A stretch of 64,000 nt of DNA from Catajapyx aquilonaris (Eukaryota): positions 1-64,000 of the forward strand of contig JYFJ02001146.1 of the NCBI GenBank assembly GCA_000934665.2, in the 5' to 3' direction. Positions 13,737 to 27,800 of this stretch are shown piece after piece. Both the position numbers and the translations under genes were made by a program. The notes below the pieces were generated by a model. The model did not search any database, was not told the DNA's origin, and saw only the letters and a list, made by a program, of their open reading frames with translations. Numbering within the stretch: position 1 is the stretch's first letter; each line of letters begins with the position of its first letter.

Positions 13737-15218
13737 ACCAAGCTAGTATTAGAGAGATACTCCTTAAATATTCCACGATTTAATCACTGAAATGGAGGTG
13801 CAATGGAAAGTTAGTTCTAATTAAAGCCTTAGCCTAAAAGGGAGCGTCATTATTCCCAAGGAGAGGTGAAGGGCGAGAAAAATAAAGCCGAGGCAATATA
13901 TGGTAGTTTACAGAGAGACATGGGAACAATGAATCACTTGGTGTGTGTCGTACTGGAAACGGAAGTGGTGGAGCAAGCGAGCAATTTTCCATCCATTTGG
14001 CTTTCTTCCACACGGCCTGTTGAACCTGGCAGGAGACTAGTGGTGTTGGTAGGGGTTTGGATATAGGAAGAGTGACGCCCTTTTGTTCCTGTTCTGATGC
14101 CAATACTCTTGACAGCATGGTCCCCCCCTCCAAAAATAACTAAAAGGCACCCACGCCCTTTTTCACACTTATCATTATTTGGGTCGCCAGGTGACCTCAC
14201 CCCCAGCTATTTTCTGCTTGACAAATTCTCTCCAATCCGCCGTGTACAAACAGATTCCTCCGGTTTGCAGTATCGACTGGAAGAATCTGACGATAAAAAA
14301 TAAGTGACAGGGGCTGTAACTCGTTTTTGTTCCTTATCTCCTGGCAGTGTTGTCCCAGCTGGCTCTGGGCCTTTGAAATGTGTTGATTCTCCGCATTCCC
14401 TTTTTAGCACGTGGAATTGCTCTGTTCCGGCGCAAAATAAGAATCGGCTTAACCCAGCAAAGAACAATTATTCTTCCTTTGGCCCCGGGAAAAACTCGTT
14501 CTAAGCGGTCCTATAGTAACCAGAGAGCCTGGAAAGAATGCATTCAATTTGCACTCTCTTTAAGCTACAATAAAAGAAGGAGGAAGAAGGACTTTGCATA
14601 ACGATTTTGTATTCTTCCTTGTCTTCGTTATCATCATCGATCTTTTGTGCTTCCCAGTTGGAATCCTGCAGGCCTGAAGCGCAGATGAGCTCTTTGTCCA
14701 CTCAGACATTGACTGTCAGATATAATGCAGGTCTACAGCATTGCAGACCTTTTTTATTGGGCTTTATTCGGGTTTGTAGCTATACAGAGTATTGGGGTTC
14801 GATAATGGTGGGGAATATTGGGGGCAGAAGTTGAAGGTAGGTTAAGTTACGGGATGAATTTAGGTTAACTTGTGTCTTACGTTAGGATTATTATGAGGGA
14901 GGGCATCCTATTGTTTTAAGATGTGATTTAATAAAGCCGTGGTACTAGTGTGCCCTTGAGTAGAAGTTGTTGCTGCTTTGTTATGACTATGTTCATGAAG
15001 CGGAAAAGCCACTCTTGCATAAATCAAAGTGAATCTCTGCGAATGAAATGGTTTCAAGTCCGAGCTTTTCAACTTTGTGGGAGATCCAAAAACTGAGTAC
15101 GTTGCAGGAGAAACGTTTATATATACAAGACCTCATGTACTGTACGTATAGGCCTCCAGAAGTTTGTCTTGCAGAGCCACCTGGCCGGAATTGCCCGAAT
15201 GATTGGTTGTTATCGGTA

Positions 15219-15559
15219 ATGGCGAGAGACGTGCTAGGTTGTACACAAACTACTGTGTCAAGTGTACGAATTGGTACGCCAAATCGCTTGAGATCTCGTT
15301 TTATAGGTTTCCGAAAATTTTCTACAACCCAGCAAGAAAAATGGATACAAACTGCACGAAGGATTCAGTTCTATCGTCATCCATTATTACTTTGATGTCC
15401 CTTATCGAAGCTATAATTTTTAAACACAACTTTACTCCCTTTTTATGGTCCTGATGGAAATGCCTGACGAGGAACACCCGAATTTTCAGTACCCATTTGG
15501 TTGCAAGTAAAAATAGCCAAGAACCCAGAAGTCCGTCATCCATGTCAACAATTTTCCCA
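15219..15559 (+). pseudogene. Decayed THAP zinc-finger coding relic, probably from a DNA transposon (ISL2EU/Harbinger-like or P-like)
   Basis: Frame-shifted pieces spell YCVKCTN...ISFYRFPK / EKWIQTARRI / PDGNA* / RNTRIFSTHLV..KNSQEPRSPSSMSTIFP, matching the THAP pattern C-x-C...F.RFP...W...RICSxHF...P. Contains frameshifts and a stop, and the third Cys is replaced by Phe. Intron-like spacer at ~15368-15448. Confidence 0.8.
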
Positions 15560-18500
15560 ACTCACAATTTACGTAATGCAGAAGTTGATCAAAAGGAAAA
15601 ATGAAAAAAAACTGCAAAAAACCGCTTTCAACTCGTTATTTTTTGTAGCGTAACGTAAAAAAAAGGATTGTTTCTATAGGTAACAAAATAAAGTCTAAAC
15701 AAAATAGCGGTGCTGAGGCTCAACTTTTCCAACACTTTCTTTGAACTGAACAGCCAGCCTCCAGTATAGGCCTACCCTTCAATATGTCCCGCACGTCCAC
15801 TCACGGATTCAGGAAGAGTTCGGTGTATAGGAATTTCACAAATAAAATAACCTGATATATGTGTGACAGGACTTCGAAATATTCAATTGTAAAAATTTCC
15901 ATTGCGCCCTGAGCATCAGAGAGGAAAGTGAATCCCTCTCCTATACATATACGATATATAGGGAACCAGACAAAGCCTCCTGCATTCGAAAGATAGAGCG
16001 GGTTCTCTTCATGTTTGGCATAATACGCACCTTGAAGCGACCTATATCCTTGTCTCTTCTCCTCAAAGAGAACGCTCTTTCCGTTCAAACGGGGCAGATA
16101 TGATGGGATTGGCCCCGTTCCAGTTGTCCAAGAAATCAAAGTGGAAGAAGGCAGATATAGTAGAACAGAGAGGAAAATAGAATGCAATTTAAATCCAACC
16201 CTGCTGTCAGAGTGCCCTTTGAAGTTCCTACAGGTTGATCCGGTTCAAAGTATGATCCACATCAGATGTAACTGTAAAATGTGGCTTATTAAGTCCCATT
16301 GTCGTTATCATGACAGATGATCTTAACAAGGTCTCGAGAGCTAGAAATGTCACGCCTGTCTTACGACTTAGGGTTCAGGATCAAATTTGACCTGATCCCT
16401 CCCCAAAAAAAGGGAAGGACTTGGCCATCTGACGTCAAGTGACGTGCAATGGAAGGACAGCATCTTTCATCTTGTTTGCTCAGGACGTGAGCCTCGACAG
16501 CTGATATTCATGGATCTGCCAGCCTCCGCCAATCAGGTCGCTTATCATTTCCCACTGGTCCATCCTATCTTAAGAAAAGAAAAGGGATAGGGGGAGAAAA
16601 AATTTCGGAAGAAAATGAAGCTAGTAAAAACCGGGTTTCCACTTCCATCTTCTCACACTAGTACTTCCACTCAGCCCAGGAAGAAAAGACCCCTACTTTC
16701 AGACGGTTTTCACGAAAACTCCAGGAAATCGATCTTACGGGGCAACAATAGGGGCAAGGAGATGGGACTGGTTATAAGCCCCACTCCGGGCCTGAGGGAC
16801 GTAAAAAATGAGCAGGCATAACTTTTTTATAAAAAGCCAACATCTACAACAAAGCAGGGCAGAATAAGCCAGGTTATAAAGTCAGCGGAGGATTAAAAAT
16901 CCTAAATCAGGTCGCGATCTTCATGAATTTGTTTTAAAAAAAGCATCACCAATCCTGCGCATTGTGCAACTCCTGGCTCCCCGAGTTTCAACGTTAATTG
17001 GACAACCTGCTCATTAAAATCTGATGGCCAAGTTGAGACGCTTGAGGCCGCTAAATGTATAACTTAAACTCATCCTTATATTTATTACCATTAGTGAACA
17101 TTTTTTTTTGTGTGTATGAAGGTGACGTGACGGACCTGGCAGCTCTTAATTGTCAACTTTCTTGAAGGCCTGACATACAGCATTTGTTCAGAGAGACTGG
17201 TGCGACGGAGAAATTATACCGGTTTGCTTGTGCAAACGAAATTAGAATTTCTATCCCCAAAAGGGAGAGAATAGCAGAGGAGTTTGTTGGGCAAACAAAG
17301 AGACATCAGCGCGACATACAGAACTCGAAAACTGGATGGTAATGATTCGGTACAACGCGCTTCTGTATGATGAGTACATTTACACAACTGTCAAAGCCAG
17401 AAGGTGACATTATCTAAGGCCTATGCAATAATAATTTTCTCTATTATTTGTGACATTAACAATGCAATTAACATTGGCATGTGAGAATGAAATAAGGATA
17501 CTCTTACAACAATGCAATGGTGCGTTTACAAAAATTAGTAAGTACCGTACATACAGTGAAGCAATACTGTACATATATATGCTTCAATAAATTCTACAGT
17601 TAGTAATGAGCAGTTAATATACACATAAAAGTACCACATTAATGTTGACATACCGGTATGCTTATTATGACACGAATAAATTGCAGCATGCGTAGTACTT
17701 GACTGTACACTCAACCTAATAATGTAATATACGCTACACTGTACTTTGACTTTATCGCAGGATCCAATGCTATGCGGATGGATAAAACCGCCTTGATCTA
17801 ACTTGTTAAACTCACTTGGAAGGTCGGTAATAAAAGAATTCGCGCCTCATTTTCTAAATTCTTTTTCGACGATGACATAACCCGATTTTCCTGTACCCCA
17901 GTAACTATATCGGAGGCGAAAAAAACCGAGTTAAAAACAGCGCTGCTGGACCGTTCCGCCGGATTTCCGTTTTAACCAGCCGAATCGATCCAGTACTCGA
18001 GTCCTTTCAAACCAAATATCCGCTATCTGACCGATTTCCCCCCCCCCCTCCCCCACCTGAAAAAAGTGCAGCAAAGAACCTCTAAAGAGCCTCCCTTCTT
18101 CTTCACTACCGGTATTGCACCCTTTAACAAAGAAGAAGGATCAAGTCCTCTTCCGGATCCAGAATGACGACAATTGTACCATTCCAGGACTACTCTTCAA
18201 CGAAAAAAAAATGTTTCCATTTTCATATCTCAGCATATTTAGCTTCCTGATATGCATACAAAATGTATCAAATAGCAACATCAGCTGTATATGAATAGGA
18301 CCCGCGACTGGAGGAACGGTAGGGCCAAGTTTTGTGTGTCCTGATGCTGTACCTCGAGGCCACCTTTTCATCTCCATTGTAATGCAAATGGTCCGTGTCC
18401 GTTCCAGCCAACCGCAGAAAAAGGTAAAATGCGGTGCCTGCAGCAGCAGTAGCGACGCCGACGGCCATTTGCATTCGCCGTTTATTGCCGACGTCCAGGT

Positions 18501-21500
18501 GAAAGAGAGGAAAATATTCGAGGCCCACTAGAACATGCTATGTCAACACTACCGTCTAGCTACATTTCCCAGGGTTTGCTATTTCCTTCCCCAACTTTAA
18601 TTAAAACCGGAAGAGTGTTCAGGAGGAATGCATAAGATTCCTGCGGAATTCAGCTCATTTCTGTGCAGATTCCTTCGCGGAAATGCTCTTCAGTTTCGTT
18701 TGACAAAAAGGAGCCGGGGCTTGTAATGTACAGGCTATAGCGTCAGTAGTTTATCCTTATCTCCTAGGCAACACACCAGCCTCAATATCGTTACAGGGTG
18801 GTGTGGTTGCAGGGGCATTTTGTACTCCTGAACATATTATGCATGTAATTATTATGGCTAATAATAAATTATTGGAAGCGAAGTAGCAATCACGACAATG
18901 GCTACTAATTAGCATTAGTATGTAAAATATTAAGCGCAAACCACACCTTTTTGAATTGAGAATGACCTTGTTTTTTCCCCCCCAAATGTCCGTTTGTGGA
19001 CTGTGCAACTCACATTTTGTTTGTTTTTGTTCATAAACAACCGAGTTTTGCATCGCAAACACAACACTAACAGTTTAGGCAAACATGTAACCGCATAACG
19101 TCCTGTTTAGGTTCATTCCGGAGCTCTCAGAGGCAGCATTATTTCTGGTGCACCACACGAGTCCATTGGGGGACAAACAACCAGTTAGTTCCTCTCCCGT
19201 CGTTTCAGTCAACGTAATTGCCCCCACTAATACCACACTGGATTTCCGCAATAAGAAAAACGGACCGCACATTTTTCTTCATGTTCCCGAACGTTTCCTT
19301 ATAAAACCAGCCGCAAGCGAAACGTTTGTGGTCTGCTATGTGCTCGAAAAACCCGCACCCAAAACGCCCTTGGGGCCAATAAAATGGGGGCAGCTCTTAA
19401 ATCTTTCTATTTGCTTCTTTTCCTAGGGTCAACAACGTGACTTCCACCCAATTACGAAGCACCACAAGGATATCATATCTGCACATCAACCGCATGACTG
19501 GCTTTTCATCCTTCTTTTTTTTTTTCTTTTGACAAGAAAAAAAGGTGGTGAGATGGTTGAGGATGGGAAAAGACAATAAGGGAGGATTCGGCACACGTAG
19601 TCGAATCCGCAATGGAAGGGGGTTTGGTTAATCGAGCGTGGCCGAGGAGCAAGAACCAAACCGGAGGACGTGACTAGGATAAGGAATGGTAGGGGTTACC
19701 TAGAGATGACGTCACTCTGTGCGGTAATATGTTGCAAATGAGGCGAGTTTCCTCCAGGTTTATCCGTCCTGAGGGAAATTTTGAAAAGATGTTGCCATGT
19801 TGGTTATAGGTCTCTCTTGTCCCTTTTTTTAAAAAGTCGGAAATATTGTCGCGAAAATGGTGCTCATATTCGGAGGGTATGCAGAATTTTGTGAAACTTA
19901 TGAAGGCATGGTAGTGTAATAAATGGGGTTAATGGTGACCTGCTGCAGTGTTTTCCTATAACCTGCGACTTGACGGTATAGAGCAAGGAAAATGGCATTT
20001 TCCCCACATTACTTCCAGCCACTAAGAGCAAACTCAGAATTTTGTGGAGGAAACAGTTGTTTATTTTTTATTCATATGATATCCATTTAAAATTTGGTCG
20101 GAAGTTACGGTTAGGTTGTTTCCCCTGCATTTGGAAAGTGCAAAGCTGTTCCTTCCTGGGGTTTCGACTTTCTCGAATCCGACATATGTTGCTTGGTGAA
20201 TGTCAGGAGCAAAAGCAAAGTGCGGATTTAAAATGTATAAGAGGAGAAAAAGGTTTTCACTATTTCCGGAGTATTGCATAGTTTATAATCGCAAATGCTC
20301 ACATTCCAAGATTTATAAAGGCTGGTTTATGTTATATTAGATATTCTGAATTTTGTATCAGTTATAGTGAATACTCATATAAGTATACCCGCAGCAGTAC
20401 AACTTCTCAAAAAAGGGATTAGGCGACCTCTCTCCAAATGATTGTTATTTATTTATTGTTAAACCTACACGTAAACCTAACTCTTTATCATGCACAGCCA
20501 TGAACAGTAATTCAGTACTCTACTCCCAATTAATAATCGGTTCCCCTCGATACCCCGGAAAAATTGTCGAAAAACACGAATAACTTTAGCCTCATCACTT
20601 TCAAAATACCCCATACATGATCAAGTAACCTCTCTCCTGGGAATAATAAAGCAGCAATTAACTTCAGCACGTATTCAATACAGGCCAGTTTTTTTTTCAT
20701 CCTATGCTTACATTTCGATTATTAGATTTCATAAAATATGTGATGGGATGCAACACTAAAATGAACCCTTAATGTTTATTAAAGCAGGATAGAAAGCACT
20801 ATTGGCGCGCCGTTACGGGAAGCGAAAGTCATCTTTGGCCTCGTAACGTCAAAAGCTAACTTGCCAAATGTAGCCTTAGAGATTCCAAGATTGTGATCAC
20901 GTAGCAACAGCTAGGTTATTTCCCGGGCCCATGGTTTTCTATCCATGAACCGTACGTGCTCTCAGAAAACGATCCTTCGAAGCACATTTTCGCGTCAATC
21001 GGTCGTAACTGCGCAGTGAAAACCCGGACCGGAAAAAGGTCGCCTCAAAGAAGGTCATGCTTCGACGGAATGCTTCCCTTTGTAGGATATACACTATACA
21101 TCATTATCATGAGACACACGATTATTTTTAAGCACATTTTCTGAAACACTAGTAGAGACAAAGTGTACTCCATTTTTTTCGCTTCCCTGGGTGCCATCGG
21201 TCGGGCACTTTTCCTCCACAAATCCCGTCCAAATATTTGTCTTCACTTCCAACTGAGGGTTAGATCCATCTCTTCAATGCGAGAGATCACGTTGCGGTGT
21301 GCTTCCGGGTTTCCTTGTTTTAAACTATTTTTACATGGGATGTATAAGCTACTTTAACATTGCCTAGGCCCCAAGCGGGCGCAGCAGCCGTTCTAAAAAT
21401 AACAGATGATTGGCCTGCAATATTAATTCGATCATAAGAATTGCTTGGACCCCCTGAGGGAGAAAAAGATGGCTTGGTGAAAGGAGCCATGATTAGCTGG

Positions 21501-21610
21501 GATTTAAAAATACAGGGATTGAAATAACGGGGGCCATTTTAGGCTAATGCAGGTGATATGAACGTCATTCACAAGAAATTCAAATAGCAGCATATGTATA
21601 CTGTTCATAT

Positions 21611-21850
21611 TGTGACACCATGTGGCACCTCCGCCACGTGGTGGCCGGGAAGTGGCAACCATGTCGGAGGAGGGGGTTCGCCTTCTTCCCTTTCCTTTCC
21701 CCGATATAACATTCCCTTCCCCGCTTTGCGACTGTGCAGGCGGGCCTGTGGCCAAATACAGTTACATTTATACCTCACCCGGTGTCCGTGTTTGATTGAA
21801 CCCGTGAGCTAGTACGGAGCCAGGGACCCCGCAGGTGGGGGTTCCTGACA
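21611..21850 (+). mobile_element. 5' LTR of an LTR retrotransposon (Gypsy-like), internal region cut at an assembly break
   Basis: GC-rich 240-bp block, TGTGACA...CTGACA (TG..CA termini), TATA-like GATATAA at 21703 and AATACA at 21755. Followed 3 nt later by a PBS. n at 21882. Left boundary is approximate. Confidence 0.75.
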
Positions 21851-21853
21851 ATA

Positions 21854-21866
21854 TGGCGCCCAACGT
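21854..21866 (+). promoter_or_regulatory. Primer-binding site complementary to the tRNA-Lys(CUU) 3' end
   Basis: TGGCGCCCAACGT equals the first 13 nt of the canonical Lys1,2 PBS TGGCGCCCAACGTGGGGC and lies directly after an LTR-type ...ACA end. Confidence 0.85.
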
Positions 21867-24800
21867 CTAAAAATCCGGGTGNCTGTCAGACTCACAAGTA
21901 GCCCCTTAGTAACTCGCGGTTAGTATACAAGTACATGGTAATGAAATTACCTCTGTCCCTAAACATCCAGCTATTTAAACGCAAGCACGGTGCTTTTAGC
22001 AGGTAATCAACAGGCGGCGTGCATTACAAAATGCGTTAGCCGAACAAAAGCAGCATGTGAGGCAGGGCAACGTATAGTTCATAACAGACATCAACACAGT
22101 ACACATTTTTGACAGGATTTGAATGCTGTTACACGAATGAAAGCAGCTGTCACTACCATGGAAAAATCCCCTTTAAAAATTGCCACGAGATGACCACTTA
22201 TTTGACCCAACTAACATCCTAACGAGCAACTCTCGTATTATCTCAGGTTTCATGCACATGATCCGCCCAACGAAAAACCGATAAATTAGATTTTCCTATA
22301 CTGTTACAGTCCAAGACATAATCCTATAATCAAAATCAAAGCGCGGCTAATCCTCGTCCTAATCCTATTTACATTACTCTATTTTTTGTGCCATAGTGCT
22401 CTCTGTGTATTACCCAGCCACGCTCGAACCAAAAACTTAAGATCGATAATAACTTCAAAGGCTTAATGAGTAATTAATCAGCATTTTTATGCACCGACTT
22501 GTCACTGCGCATTATCCGCCTTAAATACAGGGAGTCGAATTGACAAAGCGGATAAGTTCGTTAAATATTACGACTGAAAAAGTGTCGCCCACGTCATATT
22601 TTCAGACGCATTTCATGTTGAGATGAAATTACTTCGCCACGGAGCGGAAGATTTGCCTTTTGTCAACCCAAAATCGGAAACTTCGTCACCTACGAATCAA
22701 ACCTTCCATCTATTTTTTTGGGATGTCCCCGCCGGGGATTCTCAATAACTATTCCGGGCAGAGAAAAATGGCGGGGCATTGTGCCCATGTTGAGAGAGAG
22801 GCAAAGATATCCAATCCTGAAGCCTGGAGGGGCGTTTGTCTCCGGATGAGAATATCTGAAGAGGACAATGAGGGAAAAGGAGTGAATTAGGAAGGAAGGA
22901 AGAGGGAACCGTGAATGGCACAGAGACTATAGAGCTAGTTTCAATCCTGGCTTTTCAGTCGTAAAAAAAACTTTTTGAACTTTAAATCCTCACGTGTATA
23001 TATATATATAGGCTACGGATCTGACTTGCAATAGCATCGCTTTGGGGCTCATTATTCAATCTCATAGTACAGGCTAGGCCCGTATAAATCTTTCCGGGAG
23101 GTGAGACGAGAGAGAAAAAATTTTTCTAGTGTCGATGGTGATTTATTCAGTGGAGTCTCTAGAAGACTTCACTCAGCTCTAAACTGCTTAAAGGAGAATT
23201 GAATTTCTAGAAAAAGCAGGCTTTTGTTGATAAGTTGAGACATTGCAGAACTATTACTACTTATTGTACTTACTGGCTGGAAGGAAATTATTGTGCAGTA
23301 AAATTAATTTTGTCGTAATATTTCAAACAATGTGTGTCACTATCGCAGTAATAATGAGCACAATATGAATATCAATAGCTCCATTTGTCAGTTGCCCATA
23401 CATGATTGATGTATGAAATGAGAGGTTTCCATTACACTGCCACCAAATAATTTCCGCATTATTCATGTGCACTTAGGCAAAGCTATTGCAGAGCCCGAGG
23501 TGCATCGCTTGTTCAGATTTATATCGCTTGGGCCAGAAGTTAACGACTTTCATGCGCATCACGGCGATAATGTTACCATGCTGTAATTTTTCTCCGTCAT
23601 CCCCCTCGGCATGTTTACTCTTGACTAATGCATTCTTACAGTCAAAGTACATTCAAGTTTCGCTGCGAACTTTACAGTTGGGGCACAGCCTTCATCACAA
23701 CATGAGCTCCTGGGTTCACAAACCTTACCCCAATAGTATACAATTTATCACATTCGCCCACTTTGATTGCCCCTGGGATGCTTTTATTCCCAGATAATTC
23801 CCACGCGTGGCTGTGAACACTATCACATGGTTATATTCTAGTTACAGCAGCACTCATCAAGAATTAACAAGCGGTTGCATTACATAACTGAACTTCATTC
23901 TAAAGCGGTCAAGCAGTGTGTTTTTTTTCATTCAACTACCCCCTTCAGGTCCTCCCTGTGTTTTAACAATGCTCTAAAATCTTGATAAAATGATAATTAG
24001 TGTCAAACGTTGAAAGCTTCCGATAACAGTAACAGGCCGTGAAGCGTTCGTTTGACATGCAAGCAGCGAAACCACCACCGGGGCCAATCAATGTTACGAC
24101 CCATTTGCGGGGCCGGTGTTTCAGGATTATTATTATTAAATTGAACTCCAATGCTGTGGGTACACGTCGTTGAGGCCGGTTTTACTAGCTCCCCGATATC
24201 GATCTGAATATTGTGTTCACTTGGCGGCTAGTGTTGTTCGACAACATCGGCGTCAAACTATTAACCTGTCACGTGCCGCCAGATAATCAATGACCTGGCT
24301 CTTCCGGGACATAGTTTTTTCCCCCCATTCCATCGTGTCATTATTGCTGCTACACCTGAGTTTGCTACTAGTGTAATGTTCTGCTTTCAACAGGGCTTGC
24401 GTGGGTTTTGTGGTAAATGTCGCTTCAAGTGTGATGTTTGTGGACGGCCCCATCACACCAGGCCTGGGATGAGTCAACCTACCAACTTTGTTACCTCAAA
24501 GAAAACCGTTAATCGATAGGCCTTCCGATCGCTGGAACTTGCTTCCCCATTTTTTTTTCTTTTTCTTCCGGGTTGGATGCAACTTTGCGCAAACTGTCTT
24601 TTGATTCGTGTCATAATGATGATATATGACAAAAACAAGTTGCAGTTTCTATCCGTATCTAAATGATGTTAAAACAATTAAACCACACTAATTTTATTTG
24701 CCTAAGCAATATTTACTCTGCCATTCCCAACATGGCCATTATTTCATCTGGAAAAAAAATCAATCTTCCAAATAAAGCTCCTGGACACCCTGTATTACCA

Positions 24801-27800
24801 TAATGGAACTCAATCTCACTTACTGTGTTTACATTAACAATATTTCCAATGGCGTCCTGCAAATGTGGGTGAATACAGCTTGCGTTGTGGACTTTTAAAC
24901 GGCGCGGCGCTTGCATAAACATGGTATTGACAGACGGAGGATAGGTTATACGTGTGTGTGGTGGTGGGTGGAGAAGAATGGGGACCGAAAAACCTTGTCC
25001 CGAAGGCCCATATTTCATTTTGGCCGGGTAATTCGGTCGTCCGAAGCTGGATGCACACAGGCGGCGGATATATAACCACTGACAAATGACGTCGGCGCTT
25101 CGCAGCCGTCACGAAAACTGCGATTACAGTCTCTTCCTGCTCCTTACTACTTCCACCATGCCACATTATCATTATTAACGCCTTCTACGTTCCAACCCTT
25201 AACTTACAGTATAGACCAACATCACCCAATCAGTCACAGAAGCAGTTGACAAAATCGGTTACGTAACATCATTTTTTCTCTCTAGTATGCAGATAGAGGA
25301 ATTAACTACATTGCCCTCATCAACTCAGGGCTATCAGTCCGATAAGAGTAGTCTTTGACAATAATGGATCCACAAAGTAAAAGGGAAAAGTTAGATGGAC
25401 TGTGACGGATGTGGTCGAGGCACAAGAAAAGAATTTCTCTTCATCATGAATGTAAGAAAAGGGATTTCCCATTAGGTAAGAACGTGGAGGAGGAGGAGGA
25501 GCAGGACAGAAGGGGCATAATTGACGAGGAGGCTCATTCAGGCAGTCTTATCTCTGGTGTTTTCGCTGACCTCCTTAGTCCCTTTGAGAAGCAGGCAGAC
25601 AAACAACTCCGTCGTCCTAGATAAGTCATTAGGCTTTGGCCCGGATGATGAAAAATCGTTGCCAAAGCTTCCCAGAATCCAAGCCCTTCGAAGAAGCCGC
25701 TTCCTGACATTGACAGGCGAGCTTCTTTTCCATCATTTTCTGTATAAGGATGCAGCACTGAAGATCCTGCATATCTTTCGGGAGGAGGGGAGGGGGGAGG
25801 GGGAACTCTTCATCTCCAATCGGAGAACGAAGGACTATATAGCCAACAGAATGAATGCTATCCGCATGCTTTTCGTGCACAAGAAAGCGGACAAGTGAGA
25901 TCTGAATTTTTCTTTTTTAGTCCATTTTCTTGCCTTCATTGCATGTGAAAGGTTTTTTTTTTTTTTTTTTTGTTAGAGCGGGCCTGTCCATGGATGAATA
26001 GGCTTCTTTCATATTCAGGCCACAAAAGCTGGTATTCAGTCATACATTCCATTTCCTGAAGGTCCAACAAAAATGAGATACTGGTATGTGCATTGTGCTG
26101 GACTTAATATTCGTAATGCAAAGTAACAAAAAATTGCTTTTAGAGCCGGAAATGTAAATTACGATCATGTTAATGATACTGTAATATTATTATTCCGCGT
26201 TATTAAGGGATTGTAGCGTGCAAGTGCATATACTGTACTATATGCCTACTGAACTGCAATCTTCCCACTAAACACGCACAAATTGCGCTTCACCCTACTT
26301 TTAAAAAAGAATTCCCGTCAAAAAATTGCGCAAAAGTTTCCAGCAGGTAATATATGTTTATATACGTAGCTATTACAACACGCAAACTTCAAAGGCCAGA
26401 AAAGGCCCAAGGATTCAATTATCCGGAAAATGAGTGCAGCACGTTTTGCAACAGACCGCAAAAGCCTGCAAACTCGATGCCAGTAGGGCCCAATCAAGGT
26501 GTCAACACCACCCACATTACTGAACATGACGTCAGCCCCACCTATGCAAGTCTATATAGACACAGAGTGTGCAGTGCAATCTGCCCCCATGCTACAAAGT
26601 GCTCTATAGAATTGTTTGGGAACACCGTATTCCCACGTAACATAGGTCGCGGACAGTTGAAAAGCGTTTGTCCCCAAAATCGCATTAGGCCTATTTACCA
26701 CGGCGGTTGTGGGGCTTTCTGACATACTTGGCGTCAAATGGCACGCGTTCCCCCCAGTGTAACGACGTTGACATTGCCAATCTCCCTTACGCAACACGAG
26801 CAGGACTGTACGTAACTGTCCCTGCATTTTTTGGGAAATCGTCCACTACAGAATTGGTACGAGGTCCAGAATAATACATTTTGTAAAAAAAAAATTTACC
26901 AAAAAATCACATTAACTACGAAACAGCTAATATATTTCCAGTTACAACACCACAATTGCCTATTTGTAAACAATAAAATTGATTTATAATACAAATAAAG
27001 GACGGTATAAAAACTATGTTTATGAGCTGCTGTCAGCCTATAAAATGAGCTGTTACAACCACTGACAGCTCGTCAGGTAAAATACTCTCTCGCAACATCG
27101 CGTGTCCCCATCGCGACCGGTCGTGTCAATACCGCCCGATGAGACATCGCTGTCATGTACCCAGCAACAATCACCTGGTCACGCATCCCGGAAATGCATC
27201 CGATTGGAGGCCAGGACTTTGCAATTTCGGAGGGGTTAGTCAGATTTTGCAAAATTTAGATTAAAGGTACAGAATCAGTGTGGCGAGGTGGCCTAATAGA
27301 ACGGGGCGTGGCTGGTTTTAAAAAAAAAGTAGCCTGGAGGCTGGAGATTAATCAGCGGCGACCTGACACCAGTGATTAATATTAGCGGCAGTCTGGGTGT
27401 TGGAACGGTGGGGGATAAAAGGCGAGAGAGCGGAAGAGCGATAGGTCCAAACCGGATAGCCACGTCTCCATCCATCAGAGGACAACCCGATGTCCTCTTT
27501 CTCGCTCACCCGGACCACACTCTCCATTTTTGTCTCCTGCCTTCCGAACCTCCTGTTGCAATTTATAGGGGACTATACTTGCTCGACAACTACTTTCTAG
27601 CACTATAAATTCGGTCCGGACACTCTATTCGGTAGCACTTTGTCCCACTTGCTTCTTTGGTGCGTTTCAATTGAATTGTCAGTAGCAGATGGAAATATTA
27701 TTTACACTAAGCAGTGATTTTCTAACAGCTGCTTACAAAGATTATGAGAATCATAGCATCATAGACAAAAAATAATTGAGAGGTTGACACTTGCTAAATC

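Noticed and set aside
13386..13790. 134-aa ORF
   Set aside because: It crosses an n and reads through an antisense SINE, with no protein features.
15801..16187. 128-aa minus-strand ORF with a hydrophobic N-terminus
   Set aside because: Non-ATG start, no recognisable domain and no splice support.
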